From Raja brachyura (lineage: Eukaryota), in the NCBI GenBank assembly GCA_963514005.1, contig OY740805.1, positions 24,118,001 through 24,182,000 of the forward strand: a DNA stretch of 64,000 nt. Reading direction: 5' to 3'. The notes under the pieces were generated by a model. The model ran no database searches, had not been told where the DNA came from, and saw only the letters and a list, made by a program, of their open reading frames with translations. The position numbers and the translations under genes were made by a program. This document shows, piece by piece, positions 1-12,445 of this stretch; positions within the stretch are counted from its first letter, which is position 1; each line of letters starts with the position of its first letter.

Positions 1-652
1 GAAAGCAGGGCTTGACCGGGCAATGGCACTTTGTCCCTGGTCACCCGAAAGCCCTGGGACTGGTAGAGCCTGGTGGCGGGCTGCTGGTCTGTGTAGGTGT
101 AGAGGACGCACTCTCTGAAGCCGTTGTCCCGGGAGAACTCCAGCACCCGGCGGGTCAGTCTGCGGCCCAGGCCTAAGCCCCGGCATCGCCGGTCGACAGC
201 GAGACGGAGGAGCTGGCAGCAGCCCGGCTGTCCCTCAGCCGCCTGCGCCGCCACCACCCCCCGCAACCCACCTTCTTCCCCCTCTTCCTCCACCACCCAG
301 AACCCCGCCCCCGGCCTCCGCATGTACGTCCCCTCAATGTCCGCCATGTCCGCCTCCAGCATTTCCCTCAGGTAGTTGATATAGACCATGCGACAGGCCA
401 GGTAGAGCAGGGCTAGCAGTGTGGCGACGGTCAGAGCGGCCAGGCCAGCGACCAGCTGGTTCCGTAGACAACAGCCCCTGTAGCCAGGAGGAGGCAGGGA
501 GCGGCGGGCGACCGCAGGGCCCGGCGGAAGGCCGGCCAAGGCTGGTCCAGCCGACCCTCCGAGAATATCCTGCGGGCCTCCGGCGAGTCGCCGGGCCGGA
601 ACGGGCGCACGGTGAAGCGGGCATCATCTCCGGCCTTGTGGGCGACCGCCAT
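1..652 (-). CDS. NAT8/camello-family GNAT N-acetyltransferase; 3' end runs off the window; one apparent 1-nt frameshift at ~443-445
   Basis: ATG at 652-650: MAVAHKAGDDARFTVRPFRPGDSPEARRIFSEG..., hydrophobic segment, then after a 1-nt shift LAALTVATLLALLYLACR...LEADMADIEGTYMRRPGAGFWVVE...QLLRLAVDRRCRGLGLGRRLTRRVLEFSRDNGFRECVLYTYTDQQPATRLYQSQGF. This contains the NAT8-type DMxDI..Y..FWV motif, GNAT motif A RxxGxG and the LY..xGF motif. Polypyrimidine/AG acceptor upstream puts the exon start at 724. Confidence 0.85.
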
Positions 653-1184
653 GGTCCAGGGAGCCGCTGAGAGACGGAGAAGCTTCGGCCTGAAGAAGGA
701 CATGCAGGGGAGAAGGGTCCGGATCTGCAGAGAGGGAGAAAGGTCAATTGAGTCAGATATTCTCATGCATCTCTTGTTACCTCATTGAGCCAGTGAGATG
801 ATAAACAGGCCCCTCTTCCCAACTTTCCCATGCATACCAGATGTTCCATTTACGCAGGTCTCACCTGCCCATATTTTGCCCATATTACTCCAAACCTTTC
901 CAATCCATGAACCTGTCCAAATGCATTTTATAAATGCATTTTGGTGCACCCAATGTGGCTTTCAATACATCGGCCAAGATAGACTAGGAAACCGCTTCGC
1001 CGAATACTTGCTCCCGGTCTGCCAAGACCCGCTGGATCTCCCAGTCGCTAAACCTTTTTACTCCCCTTCCAATTGCTACTCCCCCTCTCTGCCCCAGGAA
1101 CATCAACTCACATTCAGACTCACGAACAGCACCTTCCCCCTTTTCTGTAACAAATTACTCGTATAAACTTCTGCAGATGCACCA

Positions 1185-1365
1185 GAGGAAGCCCTGGACT
1201 CCGTAGATGGTGGGATGCTGGACTGTGGTGGTGTCCAGGACGCACTCTCTGCCGACCCGCTGTCCCGGGCGATCTCCAGCACCCGGTGGGTCAGTCTGCC
1301 GCCCAGGCCATCGGCATCGTCGGTGAACCGAGAGGCGGAGGAGGAGCTGGCAGCCGCGCGGTTCA
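1185..1365 (-). pseudogene. NAT8-like relic, C-terminal GNAT part (copy 2)
   Basis: Frame-broken QLLLRLSVHRRCR / GLGGRLTHRVLEIARDSG / RECVLDTTTVQHPTIYGVQGF; DNA similar to ~50-230. Confidence 0.8.
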
Positions 1366-1469
1366 GGGTCATGAACCCAACACGCCAACCAGCGGGACAG
1401 GTTGCATTTCTGGAAAGAAACGTTGCGGGCAGAAACCCTTCATCACACATGTCAGCGGATAGTCTTGAC

Positions 1470-1540
1470 CTGAACAAAGGTCCAGACCCGAAACGTCACC
1501 CATTCAGTCTGAAGAAGGGTCTCGACCCGAAACGTCGCCC
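1470..1540 (+). ncRNA. Tandem pair of minimal hammerhead-ribozyme-like motifs (Penelope pLTR-derived)
   Basis: CTGAACA-A-AGGTCCAGACCC-GAAACGTC (1470-1497, degenerate core) followed 39 nt later by CTGAAGA-A-GGGTCTCGACCC-GAAACGTC (1509-1536). Confidence 0.6.
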
Positions 1541-1639
1541 ATTCATTCGCTCCATACATGCTGCTTCAGCCGCTGACTTTCTCCAGCTTTTCGTCGACCT
1601 CTTGACCCGAAATGTCACTCACTCGTGCTTATCAGTGAT

Positions 1640-2110
1640 GGAGGTGGAGGAGCTGCGGCCTGAAGAAGTTGATACGGAGGGGTCCGGATCTGCAGGGAGA
1701 TAAAGGTCAATTGAGACAGAGATTCACATTCATCTCCGCTAATCACATCCAGTCAGCGAGTAGAGAAACAGGCCATTCGACTCATCTTTCCCATCCACAC
1801 CAGATGTCCCATGTACGCAGTTCCCACCTGCCCACATTTTGCCCATATTGTTCCAAACCATTCCTATCCATGAACCTGTGTAAATGTGTTTTAATTGTCA
1901 TCTACAACGTTCGGTGTTCCCATTGTGGCTTTCAAAACATCGGGAAGACAGACAAGGAAACCGCTTCGTCGAATACTTGCACTCAGTCTGCCAAGGCCTG
2001 CTGGATCTCCCAGTTGCTAAAACGTTTAATTCCCCTTGCAATTCATATTCCACCCTTTCTGTCCCGAGCTTCCTTCTCCGCCAGAGTGAGGCCGCACCCA
2101 AACTGCAGGA
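1640..2110 (-). repeat. Duplicated 5'UTR/acceptor and intron segment of the NAT8-like unit (paralog of ~670-1090), including a shared Penelope GIY-YIG fragment
   Basis: ggtccggatctgcag...aaaggtcaattgag and tgtggctttcaa.acatcgg...ggaaaccgcttcg.cgaatacttgc occur in the same order at 670-1090 and 1640-2060. Confidence 0.8.
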
Positions 2111-3139
2111 ACAGCATTCCCTTCCACCCGAATCAGGGGACAGCTTCGTCCCCTCTGTTACCAGGCTTCTGAACAGCCCTTCCATAAGCTGGGGTACAGT
2201 CCCGATTCTCCGATCTACCTCATTATGGACAATTGTTTTAGAAAGAACATCAGATGCTGGAAAAATCGAAGGTAGGCAAATATGCTGGAGAAACTCCGCG
2301 GGTGAGGCAGCATCTATGGAGCGATGGAGTAGGCGACGTTTCTGGTCGAGACCCTTCTTCAGACTATTCACCTATCCTTTCAGACTACTTCGCATATTAC
2401 TTCTCTCCATAGATGCTGCCTCACCCGCTGAGTTTCTCCAGCATTTTTGTCTACCTTTCATTATGGATTGTGCACTTTACCTGCAACTCCAGCGATATGA
2501 CGCCAAGAACTTGCTCGTTGCTCTACCTGTTGAGCGAGTTGGGATTGATTGTACACGTATCCTTCGTTGCCTGACCTGCTTTGACTGCATGGAGAAGGGA
2601 TGGGCAGGAGGAAGGGTGAGAGGGAGCAGGGACTGGGACCTTGCTGTGAATGTGTGCCGACTTACCTACCGGTTGCTCCCCTCTCCTTGAGGACAGTCGG
2701 AGTGGAATGGGGAGTGCAGATGATCCCGCCCCCCCCCCCCCCACCCCACCAGGCCGGCCCATCCGCACCACACCGCGCCCAACCCCCAAGCCTTCACATC
2801 CCCCACCATCCACCCCTTCCCCAAACCTGGCCCTCCCTCCCCACACCTCCCAGTCCCGTCAAATCATCACAACCCCTCCTGTGATGAATAGGAACGATCC
2901 CCAAGCTGATGCAAGGACTGTCCAGGAGCGTGATAACAGATGAGAAGCCGTTCCTGAGTCTGATGGTACGTGCTTTCAAGCTTCGGTACCTTCTACCGGA
3001 CGGGTGCAAGGAGAAGAAGGAATGGCTCAGAGGTTTGACAGGTTTTTGATTATGTTGGCTGCTTTTCTGATGCAGCGTTAAATGTAGATCAAACCTCATT
3101 GCGAAACTTCCCCTCCCTATCCGTCACGCATTCCCCACA

Positions 3140-3540
3140 CCTGACCCGGCTGTCCCTCGTCATCCAGCGCTGCCACCATCTCCCGCAGCCCACCGCCTCC
3201 CACCACCTCCACCGCCCAGAACCCCACCCCCGTCCTCCCCAACTACGTCCACTCAATGTCCGCCTCCAGCTTCTGCTAGAGCTGGGCTAGCAGCCTGGCG
3301 ACGGGGAGAGCGGCACTGCTCAGCGGCCAGCCGGATCCGTAGACCGCGGCCCCGACAGCCAGGAGGAGGTAGGGCCCGGCGGGAGGCCGGCCAAAGCAGG
3401 TTCAACAGACCCTCCGAGAGACCCTGCGGGCCGCCGGCGAGTCGCCCAGCGCGAACGGGCGCACGGCGATGGTCCAGGAAGCCGCTGGAAGATGGGTGCG
3501 CTTCGGCCTGAGGAAGGGGGCGCAGAGGAGAGGGGACTCC
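3140..3540 (-). pseudogene. NAT8-like relic, N-terminal/central part (copy 3), with deletions and no ATG
   Basis: DNA collinear with ~220-720 (cccagaacccc, ctcaatgtccgcctccagc, gggctagcag, gaccctccgaga, cggcgagtcgcc, gaacgggcgcacgg, atggtccagg). Confidence 0.8.
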
Positions 3541-3859
3541 GACGCTGTGAAATCTGTACCTTATTTGGCTTCTCTGTGTTGCCTGTACCTGTCTGGCTTG
3601 TTTGTGTTGCGTGTTGCCTCACAGACTTGGAATGGATGGAGGGGAGAGGGGAGTGGCTGGAGGGAGTGTGCGATGGAGCAGGGACGGTGCTGGGGGTGTG
3701 TCGACCTATGGGTTCCTCCCATCTCCGCACATGAATACAATCATGAAGGATATGTGCTCCAGTTGCAAAGAAAGTGCAGGTAAAATAAATAATGTAAGGG
3801 CAGGGATGAGGTAGATTGACAGATTGGGAATACATTCTTATGGATCTTCACCACACTGA

Positions 3860-4132
3860 ATCCACGCCGACCATTGGTCACCCGTTCAATGCCTGTCCCG
3901 CTGAGTTCTATGTTATTCAATTTTCACATCCACTCCTACACACCAGGGCCAATTTACCTACAAACTCTTATGTCTTTGGGATGTGCGAGGAAACCAGACC
4001 CTCCGGAGAAAACCCATTTGGCCACAGGGAAAACGTGAAAACTCCACACTGACTGCTCCTAAGGTCGGGATAGAACCTGTTTCTATGCCGCTGTGCTTAA
4101 GCAGCACCATCAGCTGTGCCACTGTGCCACCA
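3860..4132 (-). mobile_element. tRNA-derived V-SINE, degenerate
   Basis: Reverse strand ggtggcacagtggcacagctg... head and V-domain-like core. Confidence 0.65.
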
Positions 4133-5411
4133 GCATTCTATGTGGTAATTGAAACTTTGAACGGATATTTAAACATTTCCTTGGATCGGATTTCGAGAGA
4201 TATGGGTCAAATGCAGGTAAATGGGTCTTGCCCAGAGGACAGCATGTAGAAAGGAACTGCAGATGCTCATTTACACCGAAGATAGCCACAAAACGCTGGG
4301 ATATCTCAGCGGTACAGGTTGCATTTCTGGAGAAAAACGTTTGAGGGTCAAGATCCTTCTTCAGACATGACAGCGGATATTATTGACCCGAAATGTCACT
4401 CATTCTTGCTTTTCAGAGATGCTGCATGTCCCGTTGAGTTACTCCAGCATTTTGGGTCTTTCATCAGCCCGAATGGCAACTTGGTCGGCATGGACAAGGT
4501 GGGTCGAAACATTTAAATCCATTCTGTATGGCTCCATGACTCAGACTGTAGCCCAGCCTATGGAGAGGTAATATGTTCCCTGGCACAATGCTGCTGCACT
4601 CCAACTTTGCTTGGAAGACAAAAGAAGGAGATAGACAGCGAAAATAAACTGTAGTAACTCAGCGGGACAATGCAGCATGTCTGGAGAGAAGGAATGGGCG
4701 ACGTTTCGGGTCGAGACCCTTCTCAGACCAGACAGGGGAAAGTGAAACGAGAGATATACCTGATGATGTTGAGAGACAAAGTACGATGAAATAAATAAAT
4801 GCAAAAATGTAACATTGATAAAGGAAACAGGCCCTTGTTAGCTGTTTGTTGGGAGAAAACAAGAAGCTGATGTGACTTGGGAGGGGGAGGGATGGAGAGG
4901 GAGGGAATGCCAGGGTTACTTGACGTTACTTTGCAGACCCGAAACGTCACCCATACATTCTCTCCATAGATGCTGTCTGTCCCGGTGAGTTACTCCAGAT
5001 TTTGGTGTCCATCTTCAGTTTAAACCAACATCGGCAGTTCCTTCCTACTCAATATTCATACCGCTGGGCTGCGGTCATTGGAATGCTGATGTAGAATCTA
5101 ACCAAGTGCTCTTCCTCTCTTCTTGATAAACTTAACAGTGCTAACAGCTGATAATAAATATTTATTTCCTTCATTCCCTCATTCTCCGAATAGTCAAGCG
5201 ATAGCCATTCAGCACGGAAACAGGCCCCTTGCCCCAACTTGCCTATGTCGACCAAGATGCCTGTTCTCACTAGTCTCAGCTGCCTGCATTTGACCCATAT
5301 CCCTCTCCATCTTTCCTAACCATGCACCCCTCTCAATGTGTTTTTAATGTGTTAATTCTGGTTGCGTCAGCTCCCTCCCTTTATACTCCTGACAGATTTG
5401 TTTGTATCTTC

Positions 5412-6100
5412 TGTAATTGAAGAGCTAATAAAGAACACACCAACTAAAGGCCCAACAAGTTTATTAGCATATAGTAAAGTTACACTACAAGTAGTCACCA
5501 CCGTGACTACATCCCGACTAACGACTAGTGGCTAAAAACATTAGTAGCATATGGTGACTGTAAGGTAAGACCCGGACTGGATTGTGGATCCGGGAGGTGT
5601 ATAACATATGTGTGTTAATATTTGAGTGGTAGCTTGCCAAGCTTATCGTCAAAAAGTTCCTTATACTGAGCGAGAATTTGTTCAGTGGATTCTTGGGTGG
5701 GGGAAAGTTGGTGCACTTCTTCTGCAATGATTATCGATCCCGTGTCCCGGCAGGCATCAATCCCAAGTAGAGTCCTTACCTTGCCTGAAACAAATAACAA
5801 AAATTGAGCTTGTGCACATGTGTCGCCAGGTGGCACTGAAGGACAACCCTGCCAACTGGGCGAACCTCTCCTCCCCCAAAAAGAATTAATGACGCTTTCG
5901 TGTTAACGACAGTTTCAGTGTTCTTGACCCTGGAAAACACAGCCAGAGACATAATATTACCACGAGTTCCTGTGTCGATCTTTGCTACAGCTGTGGTGTT
6001 GTTGATTTGGAATGTAACTTCTAGATCGCTTAGTTTACATATAATCTCGGATAGAGAATGTATTTTTAGGCTGGAAATGTCAGGATCCGACAAATTCTCA
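5412..6100 (-). mobile_element. Ty3/Gypsy-like LTR retrotransposon relic: aspartic protease/linker plus a putative LTR
   Basis: VTFQINNTTAVAKIDTG...LFGGGEVRPVGRVVLQC and LLGIDAC...QILAQYKELFDDKLGKLP; adjoining 195-bp TG...CA segment (5606-5412) contains AATAAA. Confidence 0.65.
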
Positions 6101-7225
6101 CAAGGAACGACATGGCTTGAGCTGGATTGGACAGGCCGTGGGAAATATCTTGCTGGGTCTGATTTACCTGCTGTCTGGGTTCTGAGCAGATCTACAGTAA
6201 TGACCGACACAAATCAGTTATGTAATTCCCCTGCCTTGTCATTATACCAATATTGATTTATCTAACTTCAAGTAAACCTTGCATCCCCTCTTTCTCCGTC
6301 ACTCCACCTCCCAAGTCGTACCAGCTTCAAAGTCGTCTTGTTGAGTCTCATTGTCTGTAACTTATTTTCACCCAGCACAGCTAACAATGGCCTGTTCCCC
6401 TTTCCATCATTACTTTTCTGCATATCTTCCATTCATTTGTTCTATATCTCACTACATCGCCATCTAGATATCTCATTCCCCCTTCCCCTGACCCTCAGTC
6501 TGAAGAAGGGACTCGACCCGAAATACCACTTATTCCTTTTCTCCAGAGATGCTATCTGACCTGCTGAGCTAGTCCAGCTTTTTTGGTCTTTCCCCCAGTA
6601 TACATTTGCCTGCCTCTATTTATGAGACGCACATTGACCTTCAGCCACCTTTCTCCTTTACATAATTTCATGTTTTTCTCACTGGTTACGTGAGACACAG
6701 ATTCTATTACAATGCATATTCAAGGCACGAATCATATTACATAGAAACAATGAACTGCAGATGTCGATTTGCATAAAAGTGCTGGAGTAACCCAGCTGTT
6801 CAGACAGCATCTCTGGAGAACATAAATAGTTGACGTTTTGAGGTGGGACCCTTCTTCAGACTCCTCACAAAATAAGTCATAAAGGGCTGGAGTAACTCAG
6901 GCAGTATCTCTGGAGGACATAAATAAGTGACATTTTGTGTTGGGACCCTGCTTCAGACTAATTATGGGGGAGGGGGGCGGGAAACCAGGGAAGAAAGCTA
7001 GAAGAGTGGAGTAGCTGGATAAAGCTTGACATCCCCTGTTTAAATGTAACTACGTCACTTTCAAACACAATGTAAAACCCCATCACATAACGAGCACTCT
7101 TCCCCATAGGCCCACTTTACAGAAAGATTATCAAGTAAACCCTTTTTATTTCAGAAACAAGGTCTAAAATTATAATTTCTCTGGTGTTTGTCTTCCAGTT
7201 GATCCATATACATTGGACAAGTATG

Positions 7226-8070
7226 GGGCGAAATGGTGCAGCGGTAGAGTTGCTGACTCACAGCGCCAGAGACCCAGGTTTGATCCTGACCCTGGGTACT
7301 GTCTGTCTGGAAGTTTTATTCTCCTAATTTGAGGAAGGACATCCTTGTGATTGAGGCAGTGCAGCGTCGGTTCACGAGATTGATCCCTGGGATGGCGGGA
7401 CTGTCATATGAGGAAAAGATTGAAAAGACTAGGCTTGTATTCACTGTAGTTTAGAAGGATGACGGGGAATCTTATAAACATATAACATTATAAAAGGACT
7501 GGACAAGCTAAATGCAGGAAAAATGTTCCCAATGTTGGGTGAGTCCAGAACCAGGGGCCACAGTCTTAAAATAAAGAGGAGGCCATTTAAGACTGAGATG
7601 AGAAAAAACCTTGTCACCCAGGGAGTAGCAAATTTGTGGAATTTCCTGCCACAAAGGGCAGTGGAGGCCAAATCACTGAATGGATTTAAGAGAGAGTTGG
7701 CTAGAGCTCTAGAGGCTAGTGGAATCAAGGGATATGGAGAGAAGGCAGGCACGGGTTAATGATTGGGGACGATCAGCCATGATCACGATGAATGGCGGTG
7801 CTGGCTCAAAGGGCTGAATGTCCTCCTCCTGCACATATTTTCTATGTTTCTATGTTTCTGTACATTCTCGCTGTGACCATGTGAATTTCCTCAGGGTGCT
7901 CCGGTTTCCCCCCATATTAAGACTTACAGTTTTGTAGATTAATAGCTTTCAGTAAAGTGTCTCTGGTGTGGATGATAAAACTTGTGTATGGGAGATCGCT
8001 GGTCGACACGGACTTAGTGACCCAAAGGGCATGTTTCCATGATGTATCTCTAAAGTAAACTAAACTAAAC
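7226..8070 (+). mobile_element. V-SINE interrupted by a CR1 3' fragment (~7315-7860)
   Basis: SINE head ggggcg..tggtgcagcggtagagttgct at 7226; CR1 RT C-terminus (MFPMLGESRTRGHSL) with (TTCTATGT)n tail; SINE resumes and ends in (aaact)n. Confidence 0.85.
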
Positions 8071-8204
8071 TCTCCTGTTGGTTCACGAGTCAAGAGTGTT
8101 TGGTAGTCATATTTCCCAGACAGAACAATGACATTCTTATTTGCAACAGCACAACATGTCCCCATGTTGATCCAGAAGAAAAATCTCATATACATTGCAC
8201 ATGT

Positions 8205-8733
8205 TGCACCAGACTGATTCCGGGGATGGCAGGACTTCCATATGAAGAAAGACTGGATAGACTCGGCTTGTACTCGTTGGAATTTAGAAGATTGAGGGGG
8301 GATCTCATAGAGACTTACAAAATTCGTAAGGGGTTGGACAGGCTAGATGCAGGAAGATTGTTCCCAATGTTGGGGAAGTCCAGGACAAGGGGTCACTGTT
8401 TAAGGATGAGGGGGAAGTCCAGGACAAGGGGTCACTGTTTAAGGATGAGGGGGAAGTCTTTTAGGACCGAGATGAGAAAATCATTTTTCACACAGAGTGG
8501 TGAATCTGTGGAATTCTCTGCCACAGAAGGTAGTTGAGGGCAGTTTGTTGGCTATATTTAAGGGGGAGTTAGATGTGGCCCTTGTGGCTAATGGGATCAG
8601 GGGGTATGAAGAGAAGGCAGGTACAGGATACTGAGTTGGATGATCAGCCATGATCATATTGAATGGCGGTGCAGGCTCAAACTGCCGAATGGCCTCCTCC
8701 TGCACCTATTTTCTATGTTTCTATGTTTCTATG
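8205..8733 (+). mobile_element. CR1 LINE 3' fragment with an internal 39-bp tandem duplication
   Basis: TRLIPGMAGLPYEERLDRLGLYSLE; ggggaagtccaggacaaggggtcactgtttaaggatgag repeated; (TTCTATGT)n tail. Confidence 0.9.
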
Positions 8734-9231
8734 TTGTCCCTTCACTGCTAATTCAGTCAACGTGCAGTTTAAGTTTTTGCCATGTACATGACTATGTAAC
8801 TCCTGTTTACACCATTTTTTTGAAACTATTCATGTCCATTGTTACAAATACAATTCGGATCATATAAATAAATCCTACCAACATTAAATCCAACCAACGT
8901 CTCTATTGTTAACTTGGAACATGACCACCGGATGGCGCCAGCAATGGCTGCCTTGCCAAGTCTGTCTGTCCCATTCTTCTAAGTTGTTTCAATAGTATGT
9001 GTTAAATGTATGCTTTTAGTGTTCTTTAGTTTGTTTTATGTGGGGGGTTGGGGGTTGGGCGAAACTTTTTTTAATCTCTTACCTCAATGGAGATGCAATC
9101 TTTTTCTGTATCATATCTCCGTCCGTGCTGTGGCCTAACATCGAGGAGTTGGTGGCCTTTGCTGGAGACCGAATTTGCAAGCTCCAGCCGTGGGAGTATG
9201 TGGACATATCATCGCCATTTCCCTACCATTT

Positions 9232-10545
9232 CATTTCCCTACAATTCCTTGACCTCACCATCTCTATTGCAGGTGATACACTCCTGACCGACATCCACTA
9301 CAAACCAACTGACTCCCACAGCTACCTGGACTACTCTTCCTCCCACCCTGCTTCCTGTAAGGACTCCATCCCCTATTCCCAATTCCTCCGTCTATGCCGC
9401 ATCTGCTCCCAGGATGAGGTGTTCCACACCAGGTCATCACAAATGTCCTTGTTCTTCAGTGAACGGGGATTCCCCTCCCCCACTATAGATGAGGCTCGTA
9501 CCAAGGTCTCCTCCATACCCCACAACACTGCCTTCTCTCCCCATTCCCCCACTCGCAACAAGGGCAGAGTCCCCCTGGTCCTCACCTTTCACCCCACCAG
9601 CTGGCACATACAACACATAGTCCTCCGCCAGTTTCGCCACCTCCAACTTGACCCCACCACTTGCCACATCTTCCCATCTCCCCCCTGTCTGCCTTCTGCA
9701 AAGACCGCTCCCTCCGCAACTCCCTTGTCAATTCTTCCCTTCCCTCCCGCTCCACCCCTTTCCCGGGCACTTTCCCTTGCAACCGCAAGAGATGCTACAC
9801 TTGTCCCTCCACCTCCCCCCTCCACTCCTTTCAGGGACCCAAGCAGTCCTTCCAGGTCTGACAGAGGTTCACCTGCGCCTCCTCCAACCACATCTTCTGC
9901 ATCCGTTGCTCCAGATGCCAGCTGATCTATATCGGTGAGACCAAGCGGAGGCTTGGCGATCGTTTCTCCGAACACCTCCGCTCGGTCCACAATAACCAAC
10001 CCGACCTCCCGGTGGCTCAGCACCTCAACTCCCCCTCCCATTCCGTATCCGACCTCTCAGTCCTGGGCCTCCTCCATGGCCAGAGTGAGCAACACCGCAA
10101 GTTGGAGGAACAGCACCTCATATTCCGCTTGGGGAGTCTGCATCCTCTGGGCTTAAACATTGAATTTTCTAAATTCTGCTAACCCTTGCTGCCTCCTCCC
10201 CTTCCCACCTCTCCCTCAGCCCTCGGGCCCTGGCATTCCCTCTCTCTCTATCTCCCCCACACCCAAGTCGCACTTGCTTCTCATTTTCACACAACAAACA
10301 GCTTACAATGGCCTGTTTCCTTTATCATCTATACTTTTTTGCATATCTTTCATTCATTGTTCTTTATCTCTCCACATCACCATCTATATCTCTCGTTTCC
10401 CTGATCCCTAACCAGTCTGAAGAAGGGTCTCGACCCAAAACATTGCCTATCTCCTTCGCTCCTTAGATGCTGCTGCACCCGCTGAGTTTCTCCAGCCTAT
10501 TGTGTACCCTCGATTCTCCAGCATCTGCAGTTCCTTCTTTAACAC
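9232..10545 (+). mobile_element. Penelope-like retroelement, 3' part (RT thumb + GIY-YIG endonuclease) followed by pLTR with a hammerhead-like motif
   Basis: FLDLTISI..TDIHYKPTDSHSYLDYSSSHP..IPYSQFLRL; FTCASSNHIFCIRCSRCQLIYIGETKRRLGDRFSEH; CTGAAGAAGGGTCTCGACCC at ~10417. Confidence 0.9.
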
Positions 10546-10936
10546 AACACATTATCGCGATCCCATTGCCAGGGATTGACCTCAGAACTCCAATTGCAGG
10601 AGCCTGCAGACTTTAACACTGTGGTGCTCGGGGTCCCTGGTTAGAGACCGACTTCGGGAGCTCCAAGCCGCAAAAGCTTCGACCACCCAACGTGGGAGCT
10701 TCGATCGCCCCAACCGCGAGAGAATAAAGAGGAAGAAGATTGGACTTTATTGCCTTCCATCACAGTGAGGAATGTGCGGAATCCGCTGTGGTGGATGTTT
10801 ATGTAAACTCTGATGTAGTTGTGTGTTTTGTTGGTTTTTTTGTATGGCTGTATAGTAATGTGCATATTACTGTACCTTAATCGGTACACGTGACAATAAA
10901 TGACCTTTGAAACATTTGAAGCACTGATTCGAACTG

Positions 10937-11508
10937 GGCGTGCATGGTGGCGCAGCTGCAGAGTTGCTGCCTTATGCCCCTGTCCCACTTCGGAAACCTG
11001 ACGGAAACCTCTGGAGAATTTGCGCCCCACCAGAGGTTTCCGTGCGGTTCCTGGAGGTTTTTATCAGTCTCCCTTAGGTCGAAAGTGGTTTCCGTTTTAA
11101 AAAACAGTCATTTTTTAGTCGAAGCCGGTTGCGATGCTCGTTGAAGGTGGTTGCCAGAGGACAAAAACCTCCGGGAACCGCACGGAAACCTTGGGTGGGG
11201 CGCAAAGTCTCCAGAGGTTTCTGTTCAGGTTTCCTAATTGGGACAGGGGCATTACAGTGCCAGTGACCCGGGTTCGATCCTGATTACTATGGAGCTTGTA
11301 TGTTCTCCCCGTGACCTGCGTGGGTTTTCTCCGGTATCTCCAGTTTCCTCCCACATGCCAAAGACGAATGAGTTTGTAGGTTAATTAGCTTGGTAAAATT
11401 GTAAATTGTCCCCAGTGTGTGTAGGGTAGTGTTAATGTGCGGATGTTGCTGGTCAGTGCAGACTCGGTGTGCCAAAGGTCCTGTTTCTCTAAATGAAACT
11501 AAACTAAA
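10937..11508 (+). mobile_element. V-SINE hosting the MITE
   Basis: tRNA A/B boxes, V-domain tgttctccccgtgacctgcgtgggttttctccgg, (aaact)n tail. Confidence 0.85.
10975..11251. mobile_element. PIF/Harbinger-like MITE with ~85-bp imperfect terminal inverted repeats and TTA TSD, inserted in a V-SINE
   Basis: TTA(10972-4)-TGCCCCTGTCCCA...TGGGACAGGGGCA-TTA(11252-4); flanks rejoin as the SINE sequence gttgctgccTTAcagtgccag. Confidence 0.85.
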
Positions 11509-11509
11509 C

Positions 11510-12445
11510 AACGCCTTCCGCAGAGACCATTCCCTCTGCAACTCCCTGGTTAACCCATCCCCTCCCATCCAAACCACCCCCTTCCCAGGTACCTTCTCCT
11601 ACAACTGCAGAAGATGCAACACCTGCCCCTATACCTCCTCCCTCGACTCTATCCAGGGACCCCGACAGTCCTTTCATATTCGGCAGAGGTTCACTTGTCC
11701 CCCCTCCAACCTCATCTACTGTATCCAATGTTCAAGATGTGGACTCCCAAATCAGCGAGTCTAAACATAGACTGGGCTAGCGTTTCACTGAACACCTTTG
11801 TTCAGTCCGCCTGAGTCTACCTGATCTCCAGCTTGCTAAACACTTTAATTCTCCTTCCCATTCCCACATTGACCTTTTTGTCCTAGGTCCACTCCATTGT
11901 CAGAGTGTGGCTAAATGCAAATTGTAGGAACAGCATCTCATATTTCACTTGGGCAACTTACAGCCCAGTGGTATGACTATCGATTTCTCTAACTTCATGT
12001 AACCCTGGCATTCCCTCTCTCTCTATCCCTCCCCCACCAAAGTCACACCAGCTTCTCTTTTTCACCCAACAAACAGCTAACAATGGCCTGTTTCCTTTAT
12101 CATCATCACTTTTTTGCATGCTTTCATTCATTGTTCTTTATCTCTACATCATCGTTAATATCTCTAGTTTCCTTATCCCTAACTAGTCTGAAGTGCCTCC
12201 CGCTGAGTTACTCCAGCTTTTTGTGTTTATCTTTGGTTTTAACCAGCATCTGCAGTTCCTTCATACCCATTTAAAGTAAACTAAACTAAACACTATGTTA
12301 TGATATCCCTGACCAGTCTGAAGAAGGGTCTCGACCCGAAACGTCGCCTATCTCCTTCGTTCCTTAGATGCTGCTGCACCCGCTGAGTTTCTGCAGCTTT
12401 TTGTGTAACCCTCGATTCTCCAGCATCTGCAGTTCCTTCTTTATG
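11510..12445 (+). mobile_element. Penelope-like GIY-YIG fragment and pLTR copies with hammerhead-like motif
   Basis: AFRRDHSLCNSLV...FPGTF..CRRCNTCP..QRFTC..NLIYCIQCSRC; intact CTGAAGAAGGGTCTCGACCCGAAACGTC at 12318-12345. Confidence 0.8.

Noticed and set aside
7226-7300. tRNA genes (A/B-box heads here and at many other sites)
   Set aside because: Each continues into the V-domain and LINE-like tail, so they are SINE heads, not tRNAs
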